A stretch of DNA of 59,407 bases from Candidatus Omnitrophica bacterium UBA6233 (GCA_002440965.1 DJWJ01000038.1:1-59407); one strand, 5' to 3'. Numbered from the stretch's first letter, positions 10,368 through 19,766 are shown. Numbers and translations are program-made. The notes: generated by a model not told the origin, from the sequence alone.

Positions 10368-10930
10368 CTATATAACCTTTTTTTATTTATAAAATTAAAC
10401 ACGGATTCGGGAACTACGTATCTAAATGACTTATTTTCTTTTATGCACTGACGTACCTGGAAACCCGAAACATCAACCGCCCTTATTTTCAAGGTTTCAA
10501 AATGCGGCGGAATATTCTCCAGAGGGTAACCCGGCCGGGTAGCTGTGACAAATTTAACTAATTTGCTTATTTCATCCAAATCCTTCCACTCATCCAGATA
10601 TTTAAGCAAATCCGAACCAATGATAAAATAAAATTGGTCGCAAGGAAATTTCTTTTTGAATACGCGTATTGTATCAATTGTATAAGAGCGGCCTTCTCTT
10701 TTTATCTCTATATCCGAAACCCCGAAATACTTATTACCCTTGACGGCTAATTTGAGCATTTTAAACCGGCTAGCCGCGTCAGCGATATCTTGATTACCTT
10801 TATGCGGTGGAAGATTCACCGGCACAAAAATAATCTTATCCAACCCGAGTTTCTCCCTTGCCTCTTCGGCCAGAATCAAATGGCCGATGTGAACGGGATT
10901 AAATGTGCCGCCTAAAATACCTATCTTCAT
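10364..10930 (-). CDS. nadD: Nicotinate-nucleotide adenylyltransferase
   Basis: GGTFNPVHIGH, SYTIDT, FIIGSD. Confidence 0.95.
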   Translation of the reverse strand: MKIGILGGTFNPVHIGHLILAEEAREKLGLDKIIFVPVNLPPHKGNQDIADAASRFKMLKLAVKGNKYFGVSDIEIKREGRSYTIDTIRVFKKKFPCDQFYFIIGSDLLKYLDEWKDLDEISKLVKFVTATRPGYPLENIPPHFETLKIRAVDVSGFQVRQCIKENKSFRYVVPESVFNFINKKRLYR

Positions 10931-10993
10931 AATTTAATCGGTTAACTCAAAAGTAAAAACGCAAAAAGTAAAATTGCAAGCCAAAGAAACTGT

Positions 10994-11127
10994 TAATGTC
11001 AAATACCAAATTCCAAAATTCAAAATAAACTTAAATGACAAATTACAAATGACAAAACCCTGGTTTTTATATTTGTAATTTTGATTTTGAATTTATTTTG
11101 TGCTTTGGATTTTGTCATTTGTCATTA
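10994..11127. repeat. Family-1 ~134-bp heptamer-based imperfect palindrome, copy A (proA/nadD)
   Basis: Runs TAATGTCAAAT...AAAACCCTGGTTTT...TTTGTCATTTGTCATTA; one end overlaps the proA stop; AAAAGTA-type heptamers flank it at ~10947-10990. Confidence 0.9.
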
Positions 11128-12384
11128 TTTTCTAATCTGCCCGTTTCCATACACAATATATTTATAGCTGGTCAATTCTTCCAGCCCCATCGGGCCGCGG
11201 GCGTGCAATTTATCGGTAGAGATGCCTATTTCTGCACCCATGCCGAACTGATTTCCGTCGGTAAAACGCGTCGAAGCATTCACATACACACAAGCCGAAT
11301 CCACTCTTTTGAGGAATTCTTTAGCGTTGTTTTCATTGTCAGTAACAATGCTATCCGAATGATGCGAGCCGTATTCATTTATATGGTCAACCGCCTCATC
11401 AAAACTATCCACCACTTTCACCGCAAGGATTAAATCCGAATATTCGGTGCGGTAATCTTTGTCCGTAGCTTTCTTTATCCCATCCTTGCCGATTTTTTGC
11501 GTAAGAGCGCAGCCCCGAATTTCCACTTGGGCTTCTTTAAATTTTTTGAGCATTCCGGGGAGGAAACGGACGGCAACATCGCGATGCACAAGCATACTCT
11601 CCATAGCATTACAAACTCCCGGCCGTTCTACCTTGGCGTTAAAACAAATAGTTTCGGCCATATTCAAATCCGCATAGCCATCGACGAAAACATGACAGAT
11701 TCCTTTATAGTGCTTGATTACGGGTATCCGTGAAAGCTTCACGACTTTTTTAATAAGTCCTTCGCCTCCCCGCGGGATAACCACATCAATATAGTCATTT
11801 AATTTAAGCAAGACGTCGATAGCACGCCTGTCTTTAGTGGTAATAATATTTATGACACCATCCGGAAGATCATTCCTTTTGGCCGCTTCATTAATCGCCT
11901 CAAAAATAGCGATATTGGAATTCAGGGCTTCGCTTCCTCCTCTTAAAATTACGCTATTTCCCGATTTAAAGGTCAAGCCGATACAATCCGCGGTAACATT
12001 CGGACGGGCTTCATAAATTATCGCAATTACACCCAACGGAACGCGCACCTTATGTATCCGCAAACCCGACGGAACCTGCCAGGATTTTATCTCTTTGCCT
12101 ATCGGATCATCTAATTTTATCACCTCTAAGATACCGGAAGCCATAGCCTCTATTCCTTTCTCGTCAAGCGCAAGCCGATCGATGAAGGCGCTGGGTAATT
12201 TTGAGGCGCGAGCCAACGCAATATCTTTTTTATTTGCTTTGAGTATCTGAGCTTTTTTATCTCTCAGATTTCCGGCCATTTCCTTCAGAATCCGGTTCTT
12301 TTCGCTGGCCGCAAGATTAGCGAGGTATCCGCGAGCGGCCTTGGCGTTTTTAGCAATCTGTATGATTTCTTTTTTCAGGTCCAT
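11125..12384 (-). CDS. proA: Gamma-glutamyl phosphate reductase
   Basis: VPLGVIAIIYEARPNVT, GVCNAME, GAEIGIST, HARGPMGL. Confidence 0.97.
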   Translation of the reverse strand: MDLKKEIIQIAKNAKAARGYLANLAASEKNRILKEMAGNLRDKKAQILKANKKDIALARASKLPSAFIDRLALDEKGIEAMASGILEVIKLDDPIGKEIKSWQVPSGLRIHKVRVPLGVIAIIYEARPNVTADCIGLTFKSGNSVILRGGSEALNSNIAIFEAINEAAKRNDLPDGVINIITTKDRRAIDVLLKLNDYIDVVIPRGGEGLIKKVVKLSRIPVIKHYKGICHVFVDGYADLNMAETICFNAKVERPGVCNAMESMLVHRDVAVRFLPGMLKKFKEAQVEIRGCALTQKIGKDGIKKATDKDYRTEYSDLILAVKVVDSFDEAVDHINEYGSHHSDSIVTDNENNAKEFLKRVDSACVYVNASTRFTDGNQFGMGAEIGISTDKLHARGPMGLEELTSYKYIVYGNGQIRK

Positions 12385-12397
12385 ACGATTTACAATT

Positions 12398-13465
12398 TTA
12401 TAATATTACAATATTATCCCGATGAATTATTTCCTTGGTAAAACGGGTTCCTTTGATTTTCTCCAGCTCCCTAACCGTTAAACCGGTTTTGCCGCGGGCA
12501 AACTCAACATCGTCATTATTACAAATACTCACTACATCCCCGGAGGAAAAATTTCCCGAGCAGGAAACTATCCCCACCGAAAGCAGGCTATTTTTGTTAA
12601 GCAGCGCGCGCTTTGCGCCATCATCAACTATGATTTTACCTTTGGACTTAGTCCCAAAGGCTATCCAGCGTTTTTTAGCTCCGAGCATTTTATCCCCGGA
12701 CAAAAACAGTGTTCCGTTGCTGCCAATATCCTCCGCCAATAATTTAATTACATCTTTCTTGTGGCCGCTGGCAATTACACAAGGAATACCGGAATTGACA
12801 ACTACAGCCGCTGCCTCTAATTTAGTAACCATTCCGCCGACAGAGGTCTTCTTTTTGGACGCGCTTGCCAGAGATTTAACAGTCCCGGTAATTTTGTCCA
12901 CAACCCGGATTATTTTCTTATTTTCATCCCAAAGCCCCTCAACGTCGGAAAGTATAATTAAAAGATCCGCGCCGACTAAAATTGAAACCAATGCACTTAG
13001 CCGGTCATTATCCCCGAATTTAATCTCATCGGTTGAAACAGTATCGTTCTCATTGATTATAGGAACACTATTTAATTTAAGGAGCGTATTAAGCGTGTTC
13101 TTGGCGTTCAAATAACGCTTACGATCGGAAAAATCCTCCCAAGTCAAAAGTAATTGAGCGCAATTAATCCCCCGCTCTTTAAAAAAATCCCGGTAAACAT
13201 CCATCAATTCATTCTGCCCCACAGCCGCGGCTGCCTGCAAAAAACTAAGCTCTTTCGGGCGATCCGTTAGTTTTAAAACCGACATCCCTAAAGCTATCGC
13301 GCCTGAAGAAACAAGAACAATCTCTTTACCTTCTTTCAATAGGCTGGAAACCTGACCGGCGATATTGCTCAACATAGCAGTATCCAGCTTTCCTGCCTTG
13401 GAACAAAAAAGGCTTGAGCCTATCTTTACTACTATTCTTTTATAATTTTTTTGCGACTGCATCAA
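12398..13465 (-). CDS. proB: Glutamate 5-kinase with PUA domain
   Basis: VVKIGSS, PIINENDTV, FGDNDRLSA, GGMVTKL. Confidence 0.96.
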   Translation of the reverse strand: MMQSQKNYKRIVVKIGSSLFCSKAGKLDTAMLSNIAGQVSSLLKEGKEIVLVSSGAIALGMSVLKLTDRPKELSFLQAAAAVGQNELMDVYRDFFKERGINCAQLLLTWEDFSDRKRYLNAKNTLNTLLKLNSVPIINENDTVSTDEIKFGDNDRLSALVSILVGADLLIILSDVEGLWDENKKIIRVVDKITGTVKSLASASKKKTSVGGMVTKLEAAAVVVNSGIPCVIASGHKKDVIKLLAEDIGSNGTLFLSGDKMLGAKKRWIAFGTKSKGKIIVDDGAKRALLNKNSLLSVGIVSCSGNFSSGDVVSICNNDDVEFARGKTGLTVRELEKIKGTRFTKEIIHRDNIVIL

Positions 13466-14405
13466 CTAGTTCCTCCAGGCCTTCCTTATTTAACGCGGAT
13501 ATCGGAAAAACCGTTTTTTTTACCGTTTTTTTAAACCTCTTAAGGTTCTCTTTTGCTCCATCCAAATCCATTTTATTAGCGGCGATTATCTGGATTTTCT
13601 TAGCGACCAACGGACTAAAACTTTTCAACTCTTGATTAATCGTCTTGTAATCTTCCAGCGGATCCCTTCCTTCAAACCCCGCCATATCCACTACATGAAT
13701 AAGAATCCTGGTGCGCTCAACATGCCTTAAGAATCTATCCCCTAAACCTTTTCCTTCGGCCGAACCCTTAATGAGCCCGGGAATGTCCGCGGCTACAAAT
13801 GTTTTTTTGCCCCGGCTGACAAATCCAAGGATGGGAAATTTAGTGGTAAAAGGATATGCCGCGATTTCAGGCCGGGCATTAGAAACATTGGAAATTAAAG
13901 TGGATTTTCCCGCATTCGGAAAACCAATCACCCCAACCTCAGCCATAAGCTTAAGGTCTAACATTAACTCTTTTTCTTCGCCAACTCCCCCGGGAAAACC
14001 CTGAAGGCTATGCTTATTATTCCCTTTACCGCCTGCGCCGCCGGCAGCTACGATAACTTCTTCTCCGTCAACTTTCAGATCACGCAAAACGCAGTTACCT
14101 TTAGTGTCGGTAATCGTAGTCCCTACAGGCACGCGAATAATTACCGGTTCGGCAGCGCGCCCCTTTTTATCATTACCCGAGCCATGACCGCCGTGTTTAC
14201 CCCGGAAATGCTGGTTATACTTTAGATCTAAAAGAGTATGAAGATTCCTGTCGGCGATAACTATAATATCGGAGCCCCGTCCGCCGTCTCCTCCATCAGG
14301 CCTGCCCACACGCATAGACCTGTCGCGGTATAAACTAGAGCTGCCCCTACCGCCATCTCCGGCTTTTACGTAAATTTTCGCCTGATCAACAAACGCGATA
14401 GACAC
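13440..14405 (-). CDS. obgE: Obg family GTPase (no long C-terminal extension)
   Basis: Gly-rich Obg domain, GFPNAGKSTL, YPFTT, DIPGLI, NKMD. Confidence 0.96.
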   Translation of the reverse strand: MSIAFVDQAKIYVKAGDGGRGSSSLYRDRSMRVGRPDGGDGGRGSDIIVIADRNLHTLLDLKYNQHFRGKHGGHGSGNDKKGRAAEPVIIRVPVGTTITDTKGNCVLRDLKVDGEEVIVAAGGAGGKGNNKHSLQGFPGGVGEEKELMLDLKLMAEVGVIGFPNAGKSTLISNVSNARPEIAAYPFTTKFPILGFVSRGKKTFVAADIPGLIKGSAEGKGLGDRFLRHVERTRILIHVVDMAGFEGRDPLEDYKTINQELKSFSPLVAKKIQIIAANKMDLDGAKENLKRFKKTVKKTVFPISALNKEGLEELVDAVAKKL

Positions 14406-14409
14406 GTTT

Positions 14410-14727
14410 TTAGCCTGCTACTTCTATGGATTTAATCTTTAACTCTATTAGTTTGGCGCGATGGCCCTTTGTCCAATGCGAAGATTTGCGGCGGCGATAT
14501 TTAAAAGCTATAGTTTTCTCGCCTTTTACGCTAGATAGAACCTCAGCAGTTACCTTTACATTCTTCAAATACGGCTGGCCAACCTCGACTTTTTTGTCTT
14601 TAGAGACTAAAAGCACCTTATCCAGTGTTATTTCTTTACCTTCTTTGAGCGGCTGGTTATCAATAAGGATAATGTCGTCTTTTGCAACATTGTACTGTTT
14701 TGCTCCAACTTCAATTATAGCATACAT
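14410..14727 (-). CDS. rplU: 50S ribosomal protein L21
   Basis: MYAIIEVGAKQY...VGQPYL...FKYRRRK...GHR. Confidence 0.96.
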   Translation of the reverse strand: MYAIIEVGAKQYNVAKDDIILIDNQPLKEGKEITLDKVLLVSKDKKVEVGQPYLKNVKVTAEVLSSVKGEKTIAFKYRRRKSSHWTKGHRAKLIELKIKSIEVAG

Positions 14728-14774
14728 TTCTGGCTCTCCCTTTTAATGGATTTAACGGATTACTAAAGACTAAT

Positions 14775-14803
14775 ATTATATAACAGCAAAATACGCGGGT
14801 CAA
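14775..14803 (-). promoter_or_regulatory. Sigma70-type promoter of rplU
   Basis: Minus strand TTGACC-N17-TATAAT. Confidence 0.8.
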
Positions 14804-14849
14804 GGCAAAAAACTGTGCGTAGTAAGGGTGTGTCGCGTCGTGAACAAAA

Positions 14850-16292
14850 TCAGGCTATATTCACGTCTTCTATGTGCAACGTAGGATTGGAGATAAAATT
14901 TACCTTGGTCCTAAATCTATGTTCTATAGACCTCAAGTCTTCTTTATTTTTCAATATTTCAGCGATTACCGAGGGAGAAAGCGTGACATTGACTTCTTTC
15001 AGGGTTTTATCTTTCAAAAACCTCTTTAGTTCCTTTAAGGCGTAAATGGCTATCGTAGTAGCTGATTTTACCCTGCCTCTTCCCTGGCAATAAGGACAGG
15101 TTTGAAAAGAAAGCATCTGCACGGTCTTATGTATTCGTTCACGGGTCATCTCCACGACTCCAAATTTGGAAATACCCAGGATATCGTATTTTGCCCGGTC
15201 ATTACTTAACGCCTTCTTTAATATATTAAATATCTCGCGGCGATGCCCTTCTTTCTCCATATCAATAAAATCAATAACGATTATACCGCCTAGATCGCGT
15301 AAAACCAGTTGACGGGCAGCTTCGATGGCTGCTTCGGTATTGACCTTAAAAGCAGTTTCTTCCTGATTGAATTTCTTTTTGAACCCTCCGCTATTTACAT
15401 CAATAACCACCAAACCTTCTGTAGGTTCGATAACTAAATACGCTTTTGATTTTAAATAGACTTTACTTTCGTTTATCCGGGCAATCTGCTTTTCAATATC
15501 TTTTTCAGCGAATAAATCATCTCCCCGGTAAAATTCCACTTTCTTAGCCAGGTAACTTAAGAACGTACGCATAAAGTTTTGAATACGGTAATATTCGGGC
15601 TTGGAATCTACGATCAATTTGGTAACATCTTCGGTAAAAGAATCCCTGATCGCTCTTAAGGTAAGATCATACTCCTCGTAAATAAGGCTGGGGGCTTTTT
15701 TCTGCTCCACGATTTTCTCCAACCTCTTCCAAAGCTTATAAAGGAATTGAGCGTCGCGGCCAAGTTCCTGCTTGGATTTACCGCAGGCAGCGGTGCGCAC
15801 GATAAAACCAACGTCTTTGGGAAGCTTTAATTCGTTAAATATCTGGCGCAAGCGCCGTCTTTCAACATCATCTTCGATCCTTCGCGATATGCCTACTTGC
15901 TTATCCTGCGGCATAATTACCAAGTATCTTCCGGCTAAGCCGATATGTGTCGATAACCTCGGGCCCTTGGTGCCAAAAGATTCTTTAACCACCTGAACCA
16001 AAACTTCCTGGCCTTTCTTAATCTCTTTATCTTTTTGGGCCTTAGGCTCATCTACCGACTCAAAAGCAAATTCAATTTCGGACAAATAAAGGAATCCTTT
16101 TTTGGGAAGCCCGATGTCCACAAAAGCCGCGCCCAAAGAAGGCAGGACTGCTTCAATTTTACCCTTATAGATGTTGCCAACAATGGTTCTATCCTGCGGC
16201 CGTTCGATATAAAATTCCTGCAATTGGCCGTCCTGAACAAGCGCAACGCGCTTCTCCTGCGGCTCGATATTAACTAAAATTTCTTTCGACAT
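14850..16292 (-). CDS. rng: Rne/Rng family ribonuclease (RNase G-like)
   Basis: S1 domain (GNIYKG...AAFVDIG), IDVNSG, RDLGGIIVIDFIDM, CPYCQGRG. Confidence 0.93.
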   Translation of the reverse strand: MSKEILVNIEPQEKRVALVQDGQLQEFYIERPQDRTIVGNIYKGKIEAVLPSLGAAFVDIGLPKKGFLYLSEIEFAFESVDEPKAQKDKEIKKGQEVLVQVVKESFGTKGPRLSTHIGLAGRYLVIMPQDKQVGISRRIEDDVERRRLRQIFNELKLPKDVGFIVRTAACGKSKQELGRDAQFLYKLWKRLEKIVEQKKAPSLIYEEYDLTLRAIRDSFTEDVTKLIVDSKPEYYRIQNFMRTFLSYLAKKVEFYRGDDLFAEKDIEKQIARINESKVYLKSKAYLVIEPTEGLVVIDVNSGGFKKKFNQEETAFKVNTEAAIEAARQLVLRDLGGIIVIDFIDMEKEGHRREIFNILKKALSNDRAKYDILGISKFGVVEMTRERIHKTVQMLSFQTCPYCQGRGRVKSATTIAIYALKELKRFLKDKTLKEVNVTLSPSVIAEILKNKEDLRSIEHRFRTKVNFISNPTLHIEDVNIA

Positions 16293-16575
16293 GTTTTATT
16301 ATGACCCCTTCCGGTAATTGTTCCTGCAATTTATTTTTAAATTCTTCCGCATCTTGCGGAATCCTTAATACCACAGACCCTTCTTCATTCTCGCTTTCTA
16401 CCCCCAATTTTAACGCCCGCTTTAAACTAAATTTAGGATGCGGAGAAAACCCTTCGGACATTTTAAGCGGTAGTTCGGCCCTGCGCATTGCCCGCGTGAA
16501 CAAACGCATCAAGTCTAAATGCCCTATATATATCATAGGACCTTTTTTAGCGAAAACAAAATTCAATTTATACAT
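16270..16575 (-). CDS. Radical SAM-associated protein (DUF2344/TIGR03936-like), short
   Basis: KKGPMIYIGHLDLMRLFTRAMRRAELP...SEGFSPHPK. Confidence 0.85.
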   Translation of the reverse strand: MYKLNFVFAKKGPMIYIGHLDLMRLFTRAMRRAELPLKMSEGFSPHPKFSLKRALKLGVESENEEGSVVLRIPQDAEEFKNKLQEQLPEGVIIKHVERNFS

Positions 16576-16596
16576 AGGATCCCCGGTTTATTGCCG

Positions 16597-17013
16597 CTAT
16601 TCCTTATCAGCGCAATCTTCCGATATCAACAAACTACCTGTAGTAACGCTAAAATTGACCTTACCGGTCATTTTACACCGCACAGGAGAAGCATGACAGT
16701 TATATCCTGCCGCATCCAACCGGCTGCAATTATAGCTATATCCTTTTACGGGAGATTGTTTTATATAATCTTTGTCGAGATATTGCGGCTGGGACTGGGT
16801 TAGAACAGAAAACTTCGCAGGATAAGCGCCTTGGTTATTCTTGGCGTAATTTTCCAGCGCGGCAGATACAAGCTTGAGCGTAGATTGAGCGTTAGCTTCA
16901 TTCTGAGTGCTTGTGACATTGATAATCCCGTTTATGATTGTCCTTAACGCCAAAGCAGACAGGGCAATTACAATCATTATGACAACAAAACTCCTGCCCT
17001 TATTGTTTCTCAT
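16597..17013 (-). CDS. Pilin-like protein with degenerate prepilin motif
   Basis: KG-RSFVVIMIVIAL hydrophobic N-terminus; C-terminal GYSYNC...GYNCHASP...VTTG resembles the adjacent pilin. Confidence 0.7.
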   Translation of the reverse strand: MRNNKGRSFVVIMIVIALSALALRTIINGIINVTSTQNEANAQSTLKLVSAALENYAKNNQGAYPAKFSVLTQSQPQYLDKDYIKQSPVKGYSYNCSRLDAAGYNCHASPVRCKMTGKVNFSVTTGSLLISEDCADKE

Positions 17014-17177
17014 AGAGAATAATCCTTAAAGTGCCAGCCTACCGCTTAAATGGCATCTTTTAACATACCATTCCTATCAAAAATTATTTTAACATAACGT
17101 GTGTTTTTAGCAACACTTTTCGCAAATTGACGCAAAAGATGAGAATTTTGGCTTTCGTGGATATAATAGGCGCGCTT

Positions 17178-17585
17178 TTATGACGATTTAAGCGCCCCTC
17201 CGGTAGTAACAGTATAAGCAGCAGAACCGGTTATGCCAGCCTTAACAGGACTAGCCTCTAAGGTATAGCCGCCAGCGCCTAATGAACACTTATAATTGTA
17301 ACCCTGAACCGAAGTAATTCCTCCTGTTTCATTCGCGCAGTAAGATTTTGCCACGCTTATAAACGTAGCCAGCTTTGCTACCGAATCGGGATACACGCCG
17401 TTATTTACGGTTGAGTATGTTTCACAGGCTTTGGATAAACTAAGTATATTGACCTTGGCTGTTTCTGTATTAGAAGCCAATCTTGAATTCAGAAAGTTAG
17501 GAACGATAATAGCGGCTAATAAAGCGATGATTGCCACAATCACCATAATTTCAACGAGCGTAAAACCTTTTCTATTCATATACAA
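17178..17585 (-). CDS. Type IV pilin/pseudopilin
   Basis: KG^FTLVEIMVIVAIIALLAAIIVPNF class III signal. Confidence 0.92.
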   Translation of the reverse strand: MYMNRKGFTLVEIMVIVAIIALLAAIIVPNFLNSRLASNTETAKVNILSLSKACETYSTVNNGVYPDSVAKLATFISVAKSYCANETGGITSVQGYNYKCSLGAGGYTLEASPVKAGITGSAAYTVTTGGALKSS

Positions 17586-17727
17586 ATCCCCCTTTCTAAG
17601 ACAGAACTAGCTTTCCATGTTTTTCCACTCGCCATCTCATTCGGCGATTTCAAAACTATAGACCTTTATAATCTATTATAAAGATTGTTTAAATATATCT
17701 TAACGGACATTTGCGATTGATTTTTGA

Positions 17728-17756
17728 TTTATACCATCTTCGCTGTACTTTGTCAA
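17728..17756 (-). promoter_or_regulatory. Sigma70-type promoter upstream of the pilin gene
   Basis: Minus strand TTGACA-N17-TATAAA with TG at the extended -10. Confidence 0.7.
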
Positions 17757-17788
17757 GATGTAAACGTAACCATAAGGAATGACTTAAG

Positions 17789-19015
17789 TTAAGACGCCAA
17801 GACAGCATCGCCAAAAATACGCTTAAACCTGACGCAAATCAATTTGTTTTTTAAGTTGCGCCGGGATTTTAGAAAAACCTTGATATAATTATCGGAGTAA
17901 CCTTCCCAACACCCTTTGGCGTATTTGGATTTACATTCGAAAAGAACAGGCATTTTACGGCCTAAAAAACGCTTTTTATACGCGCTAGAACAAAAGCCTG
18001 CGGCAGATTTAAGCATGGCGGCGTTCTTTTTGACAAACCCGTCCGGCTGGATACCGATAGCTCCCTGCGAATAAGCGCTTGTCCCTTTTCTCGCAGAATA
18101 AGGAAATATATGCACCCTCAAAGGAACTATACGGTTTACCAAATCCAACGTATTCTTAAAATGTTTTTCGTTTTCTCCCGGAAAACCAACAAGGCAATCG
18201 GTAGTAATGGCCACCTGCGGAATTCTAGCTTTTATCTTTTTAATCAGGTTAATGTAAGATTTACGCGAATATTTGCGCCGCATTTTTCTTAGTATCTGAT
18301 CATCTCCACTTTGAATTGGGATATGCAGATGCCGGCAAAGTTTGCCTGATTCGGCTAACTTATCAATTAGCGCATCCGTAACATCTCCTGCCTCAATCGA
18401 ACTTAACCTTATCCGCAACAATCCTTCTATCTTTTCCAACTCTTCGATGACCGCTACCAAATTCAAACCTTTACTTTTGCCCATACTTAGATCCTTCCCG
18501 TAAGACCCCAGGCATATCCCGGTTAAAACTATTTCCCTAAATCCTTTCTTAACCAAAACCCTAGCTTCCTCAACTACATCCTTTAAAAGCCTGCTCCTTG
18601 ACCTCCCGCGGACCAAAGGGACTTTACAATAGGAGCAAAAATTATCACAACCATCCTGAATCTTCAGGAATGCCCGGGTATGCGAAGAAAAATCGCTTAT
18701 CCCATCACTAAAAAAACTCTTACTGATAATCAATTCTACGCCTTTAATCCCGGATAATTCGCTGCTATCGCTTTTGACCATACAACCGGTAACTATCACT
18801 TTAGCCTTTGGATTCTCATTAATACAACGGCGGATTATCCCTCTGGATTTTTGATCGGCGGCAGCGGTAACAGTGCAGGTATTTATAAAATAAAAATCAG
18901 ACTTTAGCGATCCCCGCGTTTCCTTAAATCCATGCCTAAGGAAACGCTCCCTTATACTCTGGGTATCATACTGATTCACCTTACAGCCTAAAGTATGGAA
19001 TTTAATGGTGGGCAT
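17789..19015 (-). CDS. mtaB: tRNA threonylcarbamoyladenosine methylthiotransferase
   Basis: HTLGCKVNQYD, INTCTVT, GCDNFCSYC radical SAM motif, HIFPYSARKGT. Confidence 0.93.
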   Translation of the reverse strand: MPTIKFHTLGCKVNQYDTQSIRERFLRHGFKETRGSLKSDFYFINTCTVTAAADQKSRGIIRRCINENPKAKVIVTGCMVKSDSSELSGIKGVELIISKSFFSDGISDFSSHTRAFLKIQDGCDNFCSYCKVPLVRGRSRSRLLKDVVEEARVLVKKGFREIVLTGICLGSYGKDLSMGKSKGLNLVAVIEELEKIEGLLRIRLSSIEAGDVTDALIDKLAESGKLCRHLHIPIQSGDDQILRKMRRKYSRKSYINLIKKIKARIPQVAITTDCLVGFPGENEKHFKNTLDLVNRIVPLRVHIFPYSARKGTSAYSQGAIGIQPDGFVKKNAAMLKSAAGFCSSAYKKRFLGRKMPVLFECKSKYAKGCWEGYSDNYIKVFLKSRRNLKNKLICVRFKRIFGDAVLAS

Positions 19016-19766
19016 ATAATTTTATGAAACTGGCTGCGGAAATCGCGGCAGTATCAACTCGCAAGACGCAACTCCCCAGAGTAACCGGGATAAAACCCGC
19101 GGACAAAGCCAGATTAACCTCGTTCCCGGAAAAATCGCCTTCGGGGCCAATCAAAACCAGTATCCTGGACGCCGCCTTAGGAGATCCCGTATCCTTCTCG
19201 CTAAAGAATCTGCTCAGGACGCTTTTAAGACTTTGCCTGTCTCCTGATAAATGCGGAATCAGTTTTAAATCAAACTCCGCCGTTTTAACAATAAGTTCTC
19301 TAAACGAAGCAACCGGCTCAATTACCGGGAAATCATTTCCTTTGCACTGCTTAGCCGCGCAAAGCGCGATTCTTTTCCAACGGACAAACCGGCTAGCTTC
19401 CTTCTGCCTGTCTAACTTTACTATTACGCGCTCTGTCTTTAAAGGAATAATCCTGTTTACGCCCAACTGAACCAGCTTGTCAATAATATCGTCGATTTTA
19501 GCTTTCTTGGGAATCGCTACCGCTACAGTCAGCTCTATCTCCTGATTCCTGCCGGCAGAAGGAATTGTATTTTTAATAACTAAACGGACCTTATCGCCTA
19601 TTTCGGAGATTTCACAAACATAGCTGTTTCCCGACTCATCGGATATTTCAACCTTCTTGCCTGCCTTTAGCCGGAGCACATTTTTTATATGATGCACATC
19701 CTCTTTAGCGGAAATAATGATTTTATCCGCCTCGATATCCGAATTCCTGCAAAAGAATTTATTCAC
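19002..19766 (-). CDS. rsmE: 16S rRNA m3U1498 methyltransferase
   Basis: HHIKNVLRL, IGPEGDFS, LGSCVLRVDTA. Confidence 0.93.
   Translation of the reverse strand: MNKFFCRNSDIEADKIIISAKEDVHHIKNVLRLKAGKKVEISDESGNSYVCEISEIGDKVRLVIKNTIPSAGRNQEIELTVAVAIPKKAKIDDIIDKLVQLGVNRIIPLKTERVIVKLDRQKEASRFVRWKRIALCAAKQCKGNDFPVIEPVASFRELIVKTAEFDLKLIPHLSGDRQSLKSVLSRFFSEKDTGSPKAASRILVLIGPEGDFSGNEVNLALSAGFIPVTLGSCVLRVDTAAISAASFIKLYAHH

Noticed and set aside
11020-11022. TGA recoding to explain the stop in family-1 mini-ORFs
   Set aside because: TGA terminates amrS, uvrA, dapB and argD normally, and genes are full-length under the standard code.
17014-17790. c-di-GMP or other riboswitch upstream of the pilins
   Set aside because: No recognisable aptamer consensus was found in either spacer.
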